Source: an uncultured Gammaproteobacteria bacterium (GTDB lineage: Bacteria > Patescibacteriota > Microgenomatia > UBA10105 > UBA927). From it: a stretch of DNA of 64,000 nucleotides. The notes under the pieces were generated by a model, which saw only the letters and a program-made list of their open reading frames with translations, had not been told where the DNA came from and ran no database searches. Within the stretch, counting starts at the first letter, position 1, and each line of letters starts with the position of its first letter. The translations under genes and the position numbers were made by a program. Below, one piece after another: positions 45,001 to 55,768 of this stretch. The stretch lies in assembly GCA_964629685.1 (NCBI GenBank), contig CAZVTT010000001.1, forward strand, positions 244,603 to 308,602. Direction: 5' to 3'.

Positions 45001-46800
45001 ATGAACGACATTGAAGAAGTAAAATCCCGCCTCAATATTGTCGATATTATCGGACTGCGTGTGAAATTGACTAAAGCCGGTCGGAATTTTAAAGGCCTGT
45101 GTCCGTTTCATAATGAAAAAACTCCTTCGTTTATGGTTTCCGCGGACAGACAGTCGTTTCATTGTTTCGGATGCGGCAAAGGTGGTTCCGTCATTGATTT
45201 TGTAATGGAGTATGAACGGGTGGATTTTAGGGAAGCTCTGGAAACATTGGCAGAAAAAGCCGGCGTAAAATTGCAGAATAAAATTGAAAATACTCCGGAG
45301 ATGAAGCTGAAGGAAGCAATTCTGCAGGTAAATCATTTAGCGGGTGAATTTTATCAATATATATTAACGACTCACGCAATTGGAGAAAATGCCCGTAAAT
45401 ACATACGGGATAGGGGAGTAAGTGAAAAAGTAGTAAAAACATTTGCACTGGGATATAGCCCGAACAGTTGGGACGGACTTCATAGTTTTCTGAAAAAGAA
45501 AGGATATGATGACAAAATTCTGGAATCTGCCGGTTTAATTCTGAAAACCCAGCATAGTACCGCGGAACATCCCCGTTACTATGACAGATTCCGCGGCAGG
45601 TTGATGTTTACCCTTAAAGATCATCGGGGAAATGTTGTCGGATTTGCCGGTCGGCTATTGGATCCGGCAGCCAAGGAAGCCAAATACATAAATACATCGG
45701 AAACGCCGGTATATAGCAAAAGCAATGTGCTCTACGGTTTGGATATTACGAAGCAAGCTATTCAGAAAAGTAACGAAGCTATTATTATGGAAGGTGAGTT
45801 TGACGTAATTTCTTCGTTTCAGGCCGGCATCAGTAACGTGGTAGCCATAAAAGGTTCGGCTCTTACGGAAGGTCATGTACATTTATTACGACGGTTTACC
45901 GAGCGGATTACGTTTGCGTTGGACAGCGATATGGCGGGAGACGCAGCCAGCAGGCGGGGTATAGAAATAGCGGAGCGGGCCGGATTGGATATGAAGGTCG
46001 TTATATTGCCCGACGGAAAAGATCCTGATGATGTCGCCAGAGAAACACCCGGGCAGCTAAAACAGGCGATTAAGGATGCAATTTCCATTTACGATTATTA
46101 TTTTACGTCGGCATTTAAACGGTATGACACACAGGACCCGTACGGGAAGAAAAAGATCAGCGACGAATTAATTCCCAGTATCGCCAAAATAGATAATCCT
46201 ATTGTGCAGGGGCATTATGTGCGGCGACTTGCAGAACAATTGGGAGTAGCTGAAGACGTGGTAGTGGAAGGAATCCGGAAATTCCGTCGTGGTGTAGCAC
46301 ATAGTGTGGGATCCCGGGCGCCCGTTCCTGCTCCCGTTTCGTCCCAGCCGGACAGGAACAGAATGGAGCGCTTGGAAATATATATTCTGGCCTTACTCCT
46401 GCAGGGAAAAACCATCGACCTGTTGGAGGATTTGAAAGATACTATTCAGCCAACGGAATTCAGCTTGCCTTCGGTAAAGCAACTGTTGGAGCAACTGGCA
46501 AAATTCTTGGAAACACATCCGGTGTTTTTTCTGAAAGACTTTGCGGATAGTGTTCCTCCGGAGTTAGTGGCCATACTCGACGAAGCGTGTCTGTGGGATT
46601 TAGCCACTCTTACCGATAATGAAGATACTTACGCCCGTGAATGGACCCGCAGCATCCGGGAACTACGCAAGTTACAGTTAAAAACCAGAATTCAGCAGTT
46701 AACCGCGGCTCTTACCGATGAAAACGATGCCACGTATCAGGAGGATTTGGGAAAGTTGACCCGCGAGCTTTCCCTGCTGGAAAAATCTCAGGTGGTTTGA
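45001..46800 (+). CDS. dnaG: DNA primase
   Basis: CHC2 zinc finger (CPFHNEKTPSF...HCFGCGKGG), a TOPRIM block (IIMEGEFDVIS) and a DnaG C-terminal region. Confidence 0.9.
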   Translation: MNDIEEVKSRLNIVDIIGLRVKLTKAGRNFKGLCPFHNEKTPSFMVSADRQSFHCFGCGKGGSVIDFVMEYERVDFREALETLAEKAGVKLQNKIENTPEMKLKEAILQVNHLAGEFYQYILTTHAIGENARKYIRDRGVSEKVVKTFALGYSPNSWDGLHSFLKKKGYDDKILESAGLILKTQHSTAEHPRYYDRFRGRLMFTLKDHRGNVVGFAGRLLDPAAKEAKYINTSETPVYSKSNVLYGLDITKQAIQKSNEAIIMEGEFDVISSFQAGISNVVAIKGSALTEGHVHLLRRFTERITFALDSDMAGDAASRRGIEIAERAGLDMKVVILPDGKDPDDVARETPGQLKQAIKDAISIYDYYFTSAFKRYDTQDPYGKKKISDELIPSIAKIDNPIVQGHYVRRLAEQLGVAEDVVVEGIRKFRRGVAHSVGSRAPVPAPVSSQPDRNRMERLEIYILALLLQGKTIDLLEDLKDTIQPTEFSLPSVKQLLEQLAKFLETHPVFFLKDFADSVPPELVAILDEACLWDLATLTDNEDTYAREWTRSIRELRKLQLKTRIQQLTAALTDENDATYQEDLGKLTRELSLLEKSQVV

Positions 46801-46896
46801 TATAATCACCTCGGCTTTAAGCGAAGTCTTTTGTTTTTGTCCCGAAATAGTCGTTTAGGCGCTTATTTACTGGCGGAAGCAAAGACTAACGGAAAT

Positions 46897-47988
46897 ATGG
46901 CTAAAACTGCAAAAACTCTTACCAGTGTTGAAGAATTATTAACTGACGGCCGTGAAAACGGATTCGTGACTCAGGAAGATATTCTCACGCTTTTCCCCAA
47001 ACCCGAAGATCATATCCAGCAACTGGACAGTCTATATGACCAACTCATCCGCCAGGGAATAGACGTATTTGAAACGACGACTCAGGACATGGAAAAAGAG
47101 TCGAGTAAAAGTATTCAGGATCTGGAAAAGGAAATTGAGGCATTAGCCCGAGCCAGTGCCGAAGGTGTTTCCGATCCGGTAAGAATGTATCTGAAGGAAA
47201 TCGGCAGAATTCCGCTTCTGAAATTTGAAGATGAAATTGCATTGGCCAAGCGGTTCGAAAAAGAGGATATGGAAGCCAAAAAGAAGCTTACCGAATCAAA
47301 TCTCCGTCTCGTCGTTTCCATCGCCAAAAAATATATCGGCCGCGGCATGAGTTTACTGGATTTAATTCAGGAAGGTAATCAGGGGTTAATTCGGGCAGTG
47401 GAAAAGTATGATTGGCGCAAAGGATTCAAATTTTCCACCTATGCCACCTGGTGGATCCGTCAGGCAATTACCCGCGCCATAGCCGATCAGGCCCGTACTA
47501 TACGTATTCCTGTGCATATGGTGGAAACGATTAACCGCTTTATCCGTGCTTCCCGGCGGTTAATGCAGGAACTCGGACGCGAACCAACACCGGAAGAAAT
47601 TGCCAAAGTCATGGAAGTAGATGTGACGAAAGTCCGGGAAATTATGAAAGTTTCCCAGGAGCCTACCAGTTTGGAGACACCGGTAGGGGATGAAGAAGAC
47701 AGTCATTTAGGTGATTTTATTTCCGATCCCGGCCCTTCACCGTATGATCAGACATCCCGTCAATTATTAAAAGAACACATGGAAGAAGTCCTTTCGACGC
47801 TTTCCGATCGTGAACGGAAAGTACTTATACTTAGGTTCGGTCTGGAAGACGGACGTCCACGGACGCTGGAAGAAGTCGGAAGTCAATTCGGCGTTACCCG
47901 GGAGCGTATCCGCCAAATAGAAGCGAAAGCCCTGCGCAAGTTGCGTCATCCCAGCCGCAGTAAGAAATTAAAAGATTACCTCGAATAA
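46897..47988 (+). CDS. rpoD: RNA polymerase sigma-70 factor RpoD
   Basis: Region 1.2 ([16 protein letters not shown]), region 2 ([19 protein letters not shown]...[20 protein letters not shown]) and region 4 ([28 protein letters not shown]). Start taken at MAKTAK. Confidence 0.9.
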   Translation: MAKTAKTLTSVEELLTDGRENGFVTQEDILTLFPKPEDHIQQLDSLYDQLIRQGIDVFETTTQDMEKESSKSIQDLEKEIEALARASAEGVSDPVRMYLKEIGRIPLLKFEDEIALAKRFEKEDMEAKKKLTESNLRLVVSIAKKYIGRGMSLLDLIQEGNQGLIRAVEKYDWRKGFKFSTYATWWIRQAITRAIADQARTIRIPVHMVETINRFIRASRRLMQELGREPTPEEIAKVMEVDVTKVREIMKVSQEPTSLETPVGDEEDSHLGDFISDPGPSPYDQTSRQLLKEHMEEVLSTLSDRERKVLILRFGLEDGRPRTLEEVGSQFGVTRERIRQIEAKALRKLRHPSRSKKLKDYLE

Positions 47989-48059
47989 CGAAATTAAACC
48001 GTTAATTGTGTGGTTTCTCTCACACTTCTACGCATGAATGGTGTATCCTATGTACTATT

Positions 48060-49517
48060 ATGATACATCGAGCGTTCACTAAAATCGTTGCTACTATCGG
48101 ACCCGCGTCCGAAACTCCCGAACAATTGCACGCACTGTTAAAAGCCGGCGTCAGCGTGTTTCGGTTTAACCTAAAACATAACACGCCTGAATGGCACAGC
48201 GAACGGATAAATCGGGTCAGAAAAGCGTCTGCGGACAGCGGACTGCCGGTAGCCATTCTGTTGGATTTGCAGGGACCGGAGATTCGCACGGGTTCACTGG
48301 ATGTCGCGGGAATTACGCTTCGGGCAGGGGAACAGGTAACCATTGCATTTGAAGAAAAAGTACCGGTTGTGGGTGCTCCGGCACCTGAACGACAGGGTAT
48401 AACCATTCAGAACAGAATTGTATTGGAGCAGCTAAAAGTCGATGACACGTTATTAATTGATGATGGCAAAATACAACTAAAAGTACTCAGAAAAAATCCG
48501 GATATTGTCGCGGAGGTTGTTGAAGGCGGTAAGCTTGGCAGTAAAAAAAGCGTATCCATTCCGGATATGAATTACGACTTGCCGACACTGGTAGATCGGG
48601 ATTTTGAGTTTATATCGTTAGCTGCCCGGGAAGATGTGGATTTTATTGCGCTTTCGTTTGTGCGTACGGCAAATGATATAGAAATTTTGCGGAAAGAGTT
48701 GGTTAAGCAAAAGGTTAAGGCGGATGTGATTGCCAAAATAGAAACCGGCGAAGCCCTAAAACATATTCCGGAAATTATTGCCGCTGCAGACGGACTGATG
48801 GTTGCACGCGGTGATTTGGGTGTGGAATTGCCCATGGAACAGGTTCCGTACTATCAGAAGCATCTGATAAAAGCCTGTCTGGAAATGGGGAAGCCCGTTA
48901 TTACGGCAACACAGATGCTGGAATCGATGATTGAAAATTCTTTTCCGACCAGAGCGGAAGTTAGTGATGTCGCAAATGCAGTATATGACTTTACGGATGC
49001 AGTGATGTTATCCGGAGAAACCGCTATGGGTAAACATCCGGTGAAGCCCGTAGAGATGATGCAGCGCACAGCGAAGTTTATCGAACATCACCGGAAGTTT
49101 CCGGATGTGCCGTATGTAATAGAATCGCAGTCACAGGCAATCATGCATGCAGTGTCTGATTTTGCGATGCCGAAAACCTATCATCAGCAGCATATAAAAG
49201 CGTTAGTGGTACTGACGGAATCGGGGTATTCAGTAAAAATGCTGGCCCGGCACCGGCCGCACGTACCGATTATTGCGTTAACGCGGCATAAAAGCGTACG
49301 GGATAAATTATTACTCGTACACGGTGTAATACCGTTGTATTTCCGGTTTACCCCTCTCGATGATAAGCAGGAGTTTGTTACACAGATTACGGAAATGATC
49401 GCTGCCGTGAAGGATGCCGGTTATGTCCAAACGGGGGATAAGGTGCTTATGGTATACGGGGACCACTGGGGAATAAGCGGTAATACGAATGTGATGCGGA
49501 TAGAAGATGTAGATTAA
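48060..49517 (+). CDS. pyk: pyruvate kinase
   Basis: TKIVATIGPAS, MVARGDLGVE and the PK barrel plus C-terminal domain pattern. Start taken at MIHRAFTK. Confidence 0.9.
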   Translation: MIHRAFTKIVATIGPASETPEQLHALLKAGVSVFRFNLKHNTPEWHSERINRVRKASADSGLPVAILLDLQGPEIRTGSLDVAGITLRAGEQVTIAFEEKVPVVGAPAPERQGITIQNRIVLEQLKVDDTLLIDDGKIQLKVLRKNPDIVAEVVEGGKLGSKKSVSIPDMNYDLPTLVDRDFEFISLAAREDVDFIALSFVRTANDIEILRKELVKQKVKADVIAKIETGEALKHIPEIIAAADGLMVARGDLGVELPMEQVPYYQKHLIKACLEMGKPVITATQMLESMIENSFPTRAEVSDVANAVYDFTDAVMLSGETAMGKHPVKPVEMMQRTAKFIEHHRKFPDVPYVIESQSQAIMHAVSDFAMPKTYHQQHIKALVVLTESGYSVKMLARHRPHVPIIALTRHKSVRDKLLLVHGVIPLYFRFTPLDDKQEFVTQITEMIAAVKDAGYVQTGDKVLMVYGDHWGISGNTNVMRIEDVD

Positions 49518-49557
49518 CGCTTGCTGCACCTTGTAAACCATTGTACGCTAAGAATAT

Positions 49558-49890
49558 ATGAAAATAGTTTTAGGTATTCTGATTGTATTGCTGCTTGCCG
49601 GCGCCGGTGGCATTTATTACTACCTTAGTCTTCCTAAATCGGATGATGCGTACATGACCACGACAACAAATGAAACTGCCGCAGAGGAAAAAAGCGGTGA
49701 CGTGACGTTGACCGGAGTATTACGGAAATCAGAGGGTGACGATTATCATTACGTCATAGTTGCAGAAGGTCGGTCTACCGGTGTTGCGTCTCAGAGTATT
49801 CAATTGGATCAGTATGAGGATAAAACGGTTTCCGTAACCGGACAGTATTCCGGGACTACGCTTTACGCTGATTCCGTAACGGAACAGTAA
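49558..49890 (+). CDS. hypothetical secreted/anchored small protein
   Basis: 110 aa with an N-terminal TM (ILIVLLLAGAGGIYYYL). Confidence 0.4.
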   Translation: MKIVLGILIVLLLAGAGGIYYYLSLPKSDDAYMTTTTNETAAEEKSGDVTLTGVLRKSEGDDYHYVIVAEGRSTGVASQSIQLDQYEDKTVSVTGQYSGTTLYADSVTEQ

Positions 49891-49959
49891 ATTCCGGAGT
49901 TTCTTCTAGAAATTATCCACAGGCGTGATATAATATCCCGGCACGTTACAGCTGAATAT

Positions 49960-50031
49960 TCCCCTGTAGCTCAACGGTAGAGCAGGATCCTGTTAAGATC
50001 AAGGTTCGAGGTTCGAATCCTCGCGGGGGAG
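49960..50031 (+). tRNA. tRNA-Asn (anticodon GTT)
   Basis: Acceptor TCCCCTG/CGGGGGA (5' U as in E. coli tRNA-Asn), anticodon loop CTGTTAA, T-arm CGAGGTTCGAATCCTCG, discriminator G. Confidence 0.75.
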
Positions 50032-50101
50032 CAAAATATTTGCTGCCTAGAATTTTCTTCACCACAAGCTGGACTTTCGAACCCTCTGATATAATCCACT
50101 T

Positions 50102-50527
50102 ATGAAAAGAACGATCTTCTTGTGTGCCAGTATGGCATTTTACAAAGAGCTGGTGGGTATTGAAAAAAAACTAGAAACAATAGGTTTTGTTGTTAAGATT
50201 CCGGTTTCAGCGCAAATAATGAAGGAAAAAAATGATTTTGAAGTGTCTCACTTCAAAGGAATTTTTACTCATGGTGAAAAGTCCGAGTTTATTCTGAAGA
50301 ACTTTAAAGAAATTGCCAAATGCGATAGCATTTTGGTAGTTAATAGTGAAAAGAACGGAGTAAAGGGGTATATAGGAGCAAATGTTTTAATGGAAATTGG
50401 CCTCGCCTTTTATTTGAAGAAAGAAATTTATATTTGGAATGATATCGAGGAATCCGCACCCTACAGAGAAGAGTTTCTCGCATTTAAGGTAAAGTTTATC
50501 AATCAAAATTTAAAAAGCGTGAAATAG
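50102..50527 (+). CDS. nucleoside 2-deoxyribosyltransferase-like protein (tentative)
   Basis: The pattern IFLCAS...SILVVNSEKNGVKGYIGANVLMEIGLAF...IYIW resembles the Rcl/NDT fold signature. Weak call. Confidence 0.3.
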   Translation: MKRTIFLCASMAFYKELVGIEKKLETIGFVVKIPVSAQIMKEKNDFEVSHFKGIFTHGEKSEFILKNFKEIAKCDSILVVNSEKNGVKGYIGANVLMEIGLAFYLKKEIYIWNDIEESAPYREEFLAFKVKFINQNLKSVK

Positions 50528-50607
50528 GTTCCAGTTGTATAGGTTGAGCATGCGGTATACCTTAACAGAATGTAAGAATTTTATCTGAATTCATTTAAAC
50601 TTGCGGT

Positions 50608-50991
50608 ATGATTAAAGCTATTACGCCAGGTGGAGTAGACGAATATATTGCGAAATGTCCAAAAAACGTACAGGATACCATCAGAAAAATCAGACAGGCG
50701 ATACGTCAAGTCGCACCAGACTCTATAGAAACTGTTAGCTACTTCCAAATGCCCGGATTCTCATACGGTGGAAATTACTACTATAACGGAATGTTTGCCT
50801 GGATTAGCTATAAAAAGCCGTTTATACGGCTCCATGTTATCCCTCCTGTAATACAAGATCACAAAAAGGAATTTACCGGTATATCAACAACAAAGACTGT
50901 GGTAAATTTCCCGGAAGACACAGATATTCCGATAGCTTTGGTGAAGAAATTAGTGAAAGCAAGTATAACGGTTATGAAAAGCATGAATTAA
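50608..50991 (+). CDS. DUF1801 (YdhG-like) domain protein
   Basis: Pattern ...VAPDSIETVSYFQMPGFSYGGNYYYNGMFAWISYKKPFIRLHV.... Confidence 0.5.
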   Translation: MIKAITPGGVDEYIAKCPKNVQDTIRKIRQAIRQVAPDSIETVSYFQMPGFSYGGNYYYNGMFAWISYKKPFIRLHVIPPVIQDHKKEFTGISTTKTVVNFPEDTDIPIALVKKLVKASITVMKSMN

Positions 50992-51047
50992 AAAATATGT
51001 TCCATCATAGGATTATGAGTCGGAGCCAATTTTACTTTTGATATAAT

Positions 51048-51395
51048 TTGTTCATGAACCGGATCGTTATTCTTCGCATTATTCATGGATTATTCGCACT
51101 ATATTTTCTATTCTGTCTAGCATATCTATACTACGCTTCGATTTTCTCACAAATTAACATTATTCTACTTATTGCAGTGATTAGCTTGGGGCTAGAAGGT
51201 TTTGTTGTATTTATTCTGAATAAGGGTGATTGCCCTCTTATTCATATTCAAAGGAGAATCGGGGATAATACTCCGTTTTTTAATTTAATACTTCCAGCGA
51301 AGTTGGCAAAACAAGCAGTTCCGATTTTGACAAAACTAGCTTTGGCAGGGTTTATGATCTTAATAATGCGATTATTATTTAGCTCTTTCCGGTAG
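51048..51395 (+). CDS. hypothetical membrane protein
   Basis: 115 aa with three or four hydrophobic helices. Confidence 0.35.
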   Translation: MFMNRIVILRIIHGLFALYFLFCLAYLYYASIFSQINIILLIAVISLGLEGFVVFILNKGDCPLIHIQRRIGDNTPFFNLILPAKLAKQAVPILTKLALAGFMILIMRLLFSSFR

Positions 51396-51488
51396 ATTTA
51401 ATTAGAAAATAGACTCTGTTAATCCCTATCAGGGAGAGCGAGAAAATACCGTTTTCGTATACTCCTTATTTTTGATATCATATACCCT

Positions 51489-51917
51489 ATGGCTACAATA
51501 CATCCCTGGATCAACTTCAACGGCAATGCCGAAGAGGCATTTACGTTCTATAAATCTGTTTTCGGTGGCGAGTTTACAAAGATAGTGCGTTTTAAAGATA
51601 TCGCGACAAATGAATTCCCCGTGGCGGAAAAGGAACAAGATAAAATAATGCATATTGGGTTACCCATCGGCCCCAGTACTACGCTGATTGCGAACGATGT
51701 TCCCGAGGTTATGGGACGAGTCAATGAAAACGAAAACAGAAGCAAGATTTTGGTAAATACGGAAAGCAAAGAAGAGGCGGACAGATTATTTCTTGGCCTT
51801 TCGGCCGGCGGTGAAGTAGAAGGAGACATGGGGGACAGCCCATGGGGATCCTATGCGGGTATGTTTCGAGATAAATTCGGTATTGAATGGATCATTGAAT
51901 TTTCTCCTAAAACCTAA
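51489..51917 (+). CDS. VOC-family (PhnB/glyoxalase-like) protein
   Basis: The pattern IHPWINFNGNAEEAFTFYKSVFGGEF...MHIGLPIG is typical of PhnB-like proteins. Confidence 0.55.
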   Translation: MATIHPWINFNGNAEEAFTFYKSVFGGEFTKIVRFKDIATNEFPVAEKEQDKIMHIGLPIGPSTTLIANDVPEVMGRVNENENRSKILVNTESKEEADRLFLGLSAGGEVEGDMGDSPWGSYAGMFRDKFGIEWIIEFSPKT

Positions 51918-52001
51918 ATCCACAACTTCAGTTTAAATTCGTAGTGCAGCATCAATTTATTGCTGTATTTTTTGTTATATCCGGGAAGGACAGTGGAGTT
52001 G

Positions 52002-52211
52002 TTATTCGTCTGTATGTTTTACTTCTAGAAGAATATTTCGTTTAACCCCGGCAACTGCAGGTAGAAGATGATTCAAAACTTGTTCAGCTGTCATTCTGAA
52101 CTTTTTTCCTTTTGCAGATATCTTTACCCAACCCTTTTCATCCTTAGAATACTTTTCAGTAAAGTTTTTTGTACCCATGCTAATTACATAGCTATCATTA
52201 GTTAATTTCAT
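52002..52211 (-). CDS. small hypothetical protein
   Basis: 69 aa ORF on the opposite strand in an intergenic gap. Weak call. Confidence 0.25.
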   Translation of the reverse strand: MKLTNDSYVISMGTKNFTEKYSKDEKGWVKISAKGKKFRMTAEQVLNHLLPAVAGVKRNILLEVKHTDE

Positions 52212-52315
52212 GCCTTCATTCTAACAAAAGCGGTTCTCGTTTGTTCAAGGTGTGATTTTTGGCTACTGAATCCGTTAAATCCTGGCGCTGAATGTAGTCC
52301 TGATATAATTACTTA

Positions 52316-52798
52316 ATGAATAAAAAACAGCCTGTCGCCTATATCATTTGCGGATTTATCGGTGCGGGAAAAACTACATTTTCCAGGAAATTGGAAAAGG
52401 AAACCGGAGCTATTCGTATAACTAAGGATGAATGGATAGTAACGATTTTTGGCAACAAAATAACTTTAGACAAAAATTTTGAAGACTATGACAAACGGAT
52501 AACTCAACTGGCTAAGGATTTTGCTTTTAAAATTTTACAGTCCGGGGGAGATGTTATTCTGGATGAGGGATTTTGGCTAAAGTCTCAAAGAATCGATATA
52601 AGGAAGAAAATATCGGAATTAGGAGCAACGCCAGTTTTGTATTATGTTAAAAGTTCGATTGATACCATGAGAGCAAGAGTTGTAGACAGAAGTAAGATTC
52701 CATCAAAGGATTCGTTTGAAATAAGCGGTGAAATGTTTGACGGGTATTTACAATACTGGCAGCCGCCGGAAGAAGACGAAGAATATATTCCGGCATAA
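52316..52798 (+). CDS. P-loop ATPase/kinase (AAA_33-like)
   Basis: Walker A motif CGFIGAGKTTFSRKL. Small kinase-like size. Confidence 0.55.
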   Translation: MNKKQPVAYIICGFIGAGKTTFSRKLEKETGAIRITKDEWIVTIFGNKITLDKNFEDYDKRITQLAKDFAFKILQSGGDVILDEGFWLKSQRIDIRKKISELGATPVLYYVKSSIDTMRARVVDRSKIPSKDSFEISGEMFDGYLQYWQPPEEDEEYIPA

Positions 52799-52848
52799 TA
52801 CCTGTTTGTATTCATACGATCCCATCGTTTGACTAATATACTTATATT

Positions 52849-53373
52849 ATGCATCCGCTTACATTTATCGAAGAAATTTCCATTATTAACGGAAACCCAT
52901 ACGTTCGTCCACCGGACAATGTGTTGTCGGTAGTCTTTAAACAGGCTGGGAAAAATACGAGCCCCATCCCTGTAATCGGGAAAATCAACGGAGCAAAATT
53001 CCAACAGTCACTCGTAAGATACCAGGGGGACTGGAGATTGTATGTCAATATAATTATGGCAAAGGCTGCGGGTATACCATTCAGTAAAAGCATACGTGAA
53101 ATTGTAGGAACAGCAGCAGCATTTGAAATTGAATTTAATCCCGCTCCACCGGTGTATGAAATGCTCTCTTTTCTGCAGGATGCTCTCGATAAAAACCCGG
53201 GCGCAAAAGATAGCTGGAACAAACTTCCGCCAAATAGACAAAAAGAGATTTTGCGTTACTTTTCCTGGCTTAAATCGGATGAAGCGAAAGAAAGAAATAT
53301 TAAAAAAGTTATTGCGGTGCTATTGCGCAATGAAGGACGCTTTATGGCCAGAAATTGGAAAGACGGAAAATAA
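52849..53373 (+). CDS. DUF1905 + YdeI/OmpD-associated domain protein
   Basis: N-terminal DUF1905-like beta region (IPVIGKINGAKFQQSLVRYQGDWRLYVN) and a C-terminal KLPPNRQKEILRYFSWLKSDEAKERNIKKVIAVL segment. Confidence 0.45.
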   Translation: MHPLTFIEEISIINGNPYVRPPDNVLSVVFKQAGKNTSPIPVIGKINGAKFQQSLVRYQGDWRLYVNIIMAKAAGIPFSKSIREIVGTAAAFEIEFNPAPPVYEMLSFLQDALDKNPGAKDSWNKLPPNRQKEILRYFSWLKSDEAKERNIKKVIAVLLRNEGRFMARNWKDGK

Positions 53374-53435
53374 CGAAGACGTTCCGGTAATAGGTTTTCA
53401 GGCCTGTTTTATGCTGCGTTTGCTATACTAACGTC

Positions 53436-53993
53436 ATGGGAAAAATAATTGCTGGTATGGCTATGTCCTTGGATGGATTCGTGAATGACAGTAGCGGTAG
53501 TGTGGATAAACTCTATTCGGATTTCACCGAACTTCATGAAGTCCCGGCTTTTCAGGAAATGATCAGGAATACGGGTGCTGTAATTATGGGGAGGCACGTA
53601 TATGAAATGGCAGATCCTTTTACGTGGGCTACCGATGATTATGAATTTCAGACTCCGATTTTTGTGTTGACACATACCCCACCGATTAAATATCCGGCAG
53701 GAAACGGTAAACTGAGTTTTGTTTTCGTCACCGACGGAATCGCAAGTGCCGTAACTCAGGCAAAGCGGGCAGCTGGAGGAAAAGATGTGCAGGTGCTGGG
53801 TGCGCAAACTATCCAACAATGCCTTAATGAGGGACTCTGCGATGAACTGCAAGTAGATATAATGCCAGTTTTTTTGGGAAATGGATTAAAACTATTTGAA
53901 CATGTAAATACTGAAAAAATGAAGCTTGAACTTACGAGCGCAGTCAAAATTACCTCTGAGAGAACGAGTTTGACGTACCGAATGGTTCGGTGA
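53436..53993 (+). CDS. dihydrofolate-reductase-family protein (RibD C-terminal domain)
   Basis: Pattern IIAGMAMSLDGFV...GAVIMGRHVYEM...VFVTDG is typical of RibD_C proteins. Confidence 0.6.
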   Translation: MGKIIAGMAMSLDGFVNDSSGSVDKLYSDFTELHEVPAFQEMIRNTGAVIMGRHVYEMADPFTWATDDYEFQTPIFVLTHTPPIKYPAGNGKLSFVFVTDGIASAVTQAKRAAGGKDVQVLGAQTIQQCLNEGLCDELQVDIMPVFLGNGLKLFEHVNTEKMKLELTSAVKITSERTSLTYRMVR

Positions 53994-54112
53994 CGGAAAA
54001 TTCTTTTTAAATTCGAATTGTAGCGATAATTTTTTAGATCAGAAAATGTATTTCTATCATCTTTTTTCCGAATATTGTATGATTGGTTACAATAATTAAG
54101 GAGGACGATACT

Positions 54113-54502
54113 ATGGCTAAATATGTTGACGGATTTGTATTAGTTATTCCCAAAGATAAAGTCGAAGATTATAAAAAAATGGCTGTAGGTGGCCGGGATT
54201 CATGGATGAAGCATGGCGCACTGGGCTATTACGAGTGTCAGGGAAACGATCTGGTACCACAGGAAATGGGTGGCCAAAAAGCCCGGGCGTTTACGGAAAT
54301 GGCCGGAGCAGGGGCAGATGAGACGGTATGGTTCTCTTTCATCATTTTCAATTCGAAAGAACATCGGGATGAAGTGAATGCGAAGGTAATGGCCGAGATG
54401 GCTGAACAGATGAAAGATCAGACGGATATGCAAATGCCGTTCGATATGAAACGCATGTCGTACGGTGGATTTCAGGTAGAAGTCGAGGGTCAGAAGACGT
54501 AA
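54113..54502 (+). CDS. DUF1428 domain protein
   Basis: Strong RBS (TAAGGAGG) 8 nt upstream of ATG 54113. MAKYVDGFVLVIPKDKVEDYKKMA...WMKHGALGYYEC matches the DUF1428 pattern. Confidence 0.55.
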   Translation: MAKYVDGFVLVIPKDKVEDYKKMAVGGRDSWMKHGALGYYECQGNDLVPQEMGGQKARAFTEMAGAGADETVWFSFIIFNSKEHRDEVNAKVMAEMAEQMKDQTDMQMPFDMKRMSYGGFQVEVEGQKT

Positions 54503-54526
54503 TATTCTATTCTGCCATACACGATT

Positions 54527-54949
54527 ATGAATATGTTCAAACCAACTTCCGCAAAAAGTCCGGAAGAATATATTGCAGCCATCCCGGAACCGCGGCGACA
54601 AGATGTGGAGAAGCTCCATGAACTTATACAGCAAACTGTTCCTGCACTTAAGGCTCATATTCTGAGCGGTATGATCGGATATGGTACCTATCACTACCGG
54701 TATGCCAGCGGCAGAGAAGGGGAATGGTCTTTAATCGCGCTCGCGAGCCAAAAAAACTATATTTCCGTCTATGTCTGTGCGTTAGATAACGGAGAATATC
54801 TGGCAGAAAAGTATAAGAGTAAATTCCCGAAGGCGAGTATAGGCAAAAGTTGTATCCGCTTTAAAAAGATAGGGGATATAGATCTATCGGTGCTTAAAGA
54901 AATTGTTAGGAAAGCAGAAAAATTCGGCGGTGCAGGACAGGTTTCTTAG
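54527..54949 (+). CDS. DUF1801 (YdhG-like) domain protein
   Basis: Pattern ...PEEYIAAIPEPRRQDVEKLHELI...ISVYVCA.... Confidence 0.5.
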   Translation: MNMFKPTSAKSPEEYIAAIPEPRRQDVEKLHELIQQTVPALKAHILSGMIGYGTYHYRYASGREGEWSLIALASQKNYISVYVCALDNGEYLAEKYKSKFPKASIGKSCIRFKKIGDIDLSVLKEIVRKAEKFGGAGQVS

Positions 54950-54967
54950 TTTCCCCCAAACGGTTTA

Positions 54968-55336
54968 ATGGAGATGCAAGGAATGAAAACGAATCACCGG
55001 ATATTTACCATGAGCTTCTCGAGTGTCTATCCGCTATACCTTGCGAAGGCAGAGAAAAAAGGGCGTACAAAGGCAGAAGTAGATGAAATTATCCGTTGGT
55101 TAACGGGGTATAGTCAGCAAGCGTTGGAATCACAACTGAAGAAACAGACAAATTTCGAGACGTTTTTTGCGAATGCACCTAAGCTTAATCCGGCGAGGGC
55201 TTTGATAAAGGGTGTGGTTTGCGGAGTACGGGTGGAAGACATTACGGACCCGACTATGCAGGCAATCCGGTACCTGGATAAACTTATAGATGAGCTCGCA
55301 AAAGGGAAAACGACGGCAAACATTCTGCGGAAATAA
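54968..55336 (+). CDS. DUF2200 domain protein
   Basis: [39 protein letters not shown] matches the DUF2200 N-terminal pattern. Confidence 0.5.
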   Translation: MEMQGMKTNHRIFTMSFSSVYPLYLAKAEKKGRTKAEVDEIIRWLTGYSQQALESQLKKQTNFETFFANAPKLNPARALIKGVVCGVRVEDITDPTMQAIRYLDKLIDELAKGKTTANILRK

Positions 55337-55392
55337 GAATATTTCGTACTGTCATAATGTATATAGCATAAGAATATAAAGTTCATATCGGA

Positions 55393-55728
55393 ATGCAAAC
55401 AAAATTTTTTTCAAAGCATATTGTAATACTCGGTCCAGTTCTGGGATTTATTTGTCTCATTCCGTTTATCGTTCTTGAAATAGTAAACAGAAAACAGTTC
55501 CATGAAGGATTTCCGTATGCTGTGTTTACGTTTAGCTGGTTGCTGCAGACAGTATTTATCTGGTTATTTATACCGGTAATACAGCAATTCCGTTCCGGTA
55601 CATCGGAACGGAATCAGCCGATGGCCAATGTCCTGCGGATTATCGGTATGGCATGTATTGCCTACGTGTGGATTGGGTGGATTAGCGATCAGTGGCCGTG
55701 TCTTATGGGTGTTCCCAATTGCGATTAG
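55393..55728 (+). CDS. hypothetical membrane protein
   Basis: 111 aa with three hydrophobic helices. Confidence 0.35.
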   Translation: MQTKFFSKHIVILGPVLGFICLIPFIVLEIVNRKQFHEGFPYAVFTFSWLLQTVFIWLFIPVIQQFRSGTSERNQPMANVLRIIGMACIAYVWIGWISDQWPCLMGVPNCD

Positions 55729-55768
55729 ACTAGAGAAAGTCTAATATTATAGACATAATGTAAAATTA

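Noticed and set aside
48006-48025. GTGTGG-N-CACAC hairpin after rpoD as a terminator
   Set aside because: Short stem and no downstream T-tract. It overlaps the region just upstream of the pyk start, so it is more likely incidental.
48020-49069. Minus-strand ORFs 48020..48406, 48572..48835, 48854..49069 inside pyk
   Set aside because: Pyruvate kinase on the plus strand is unambiguous.
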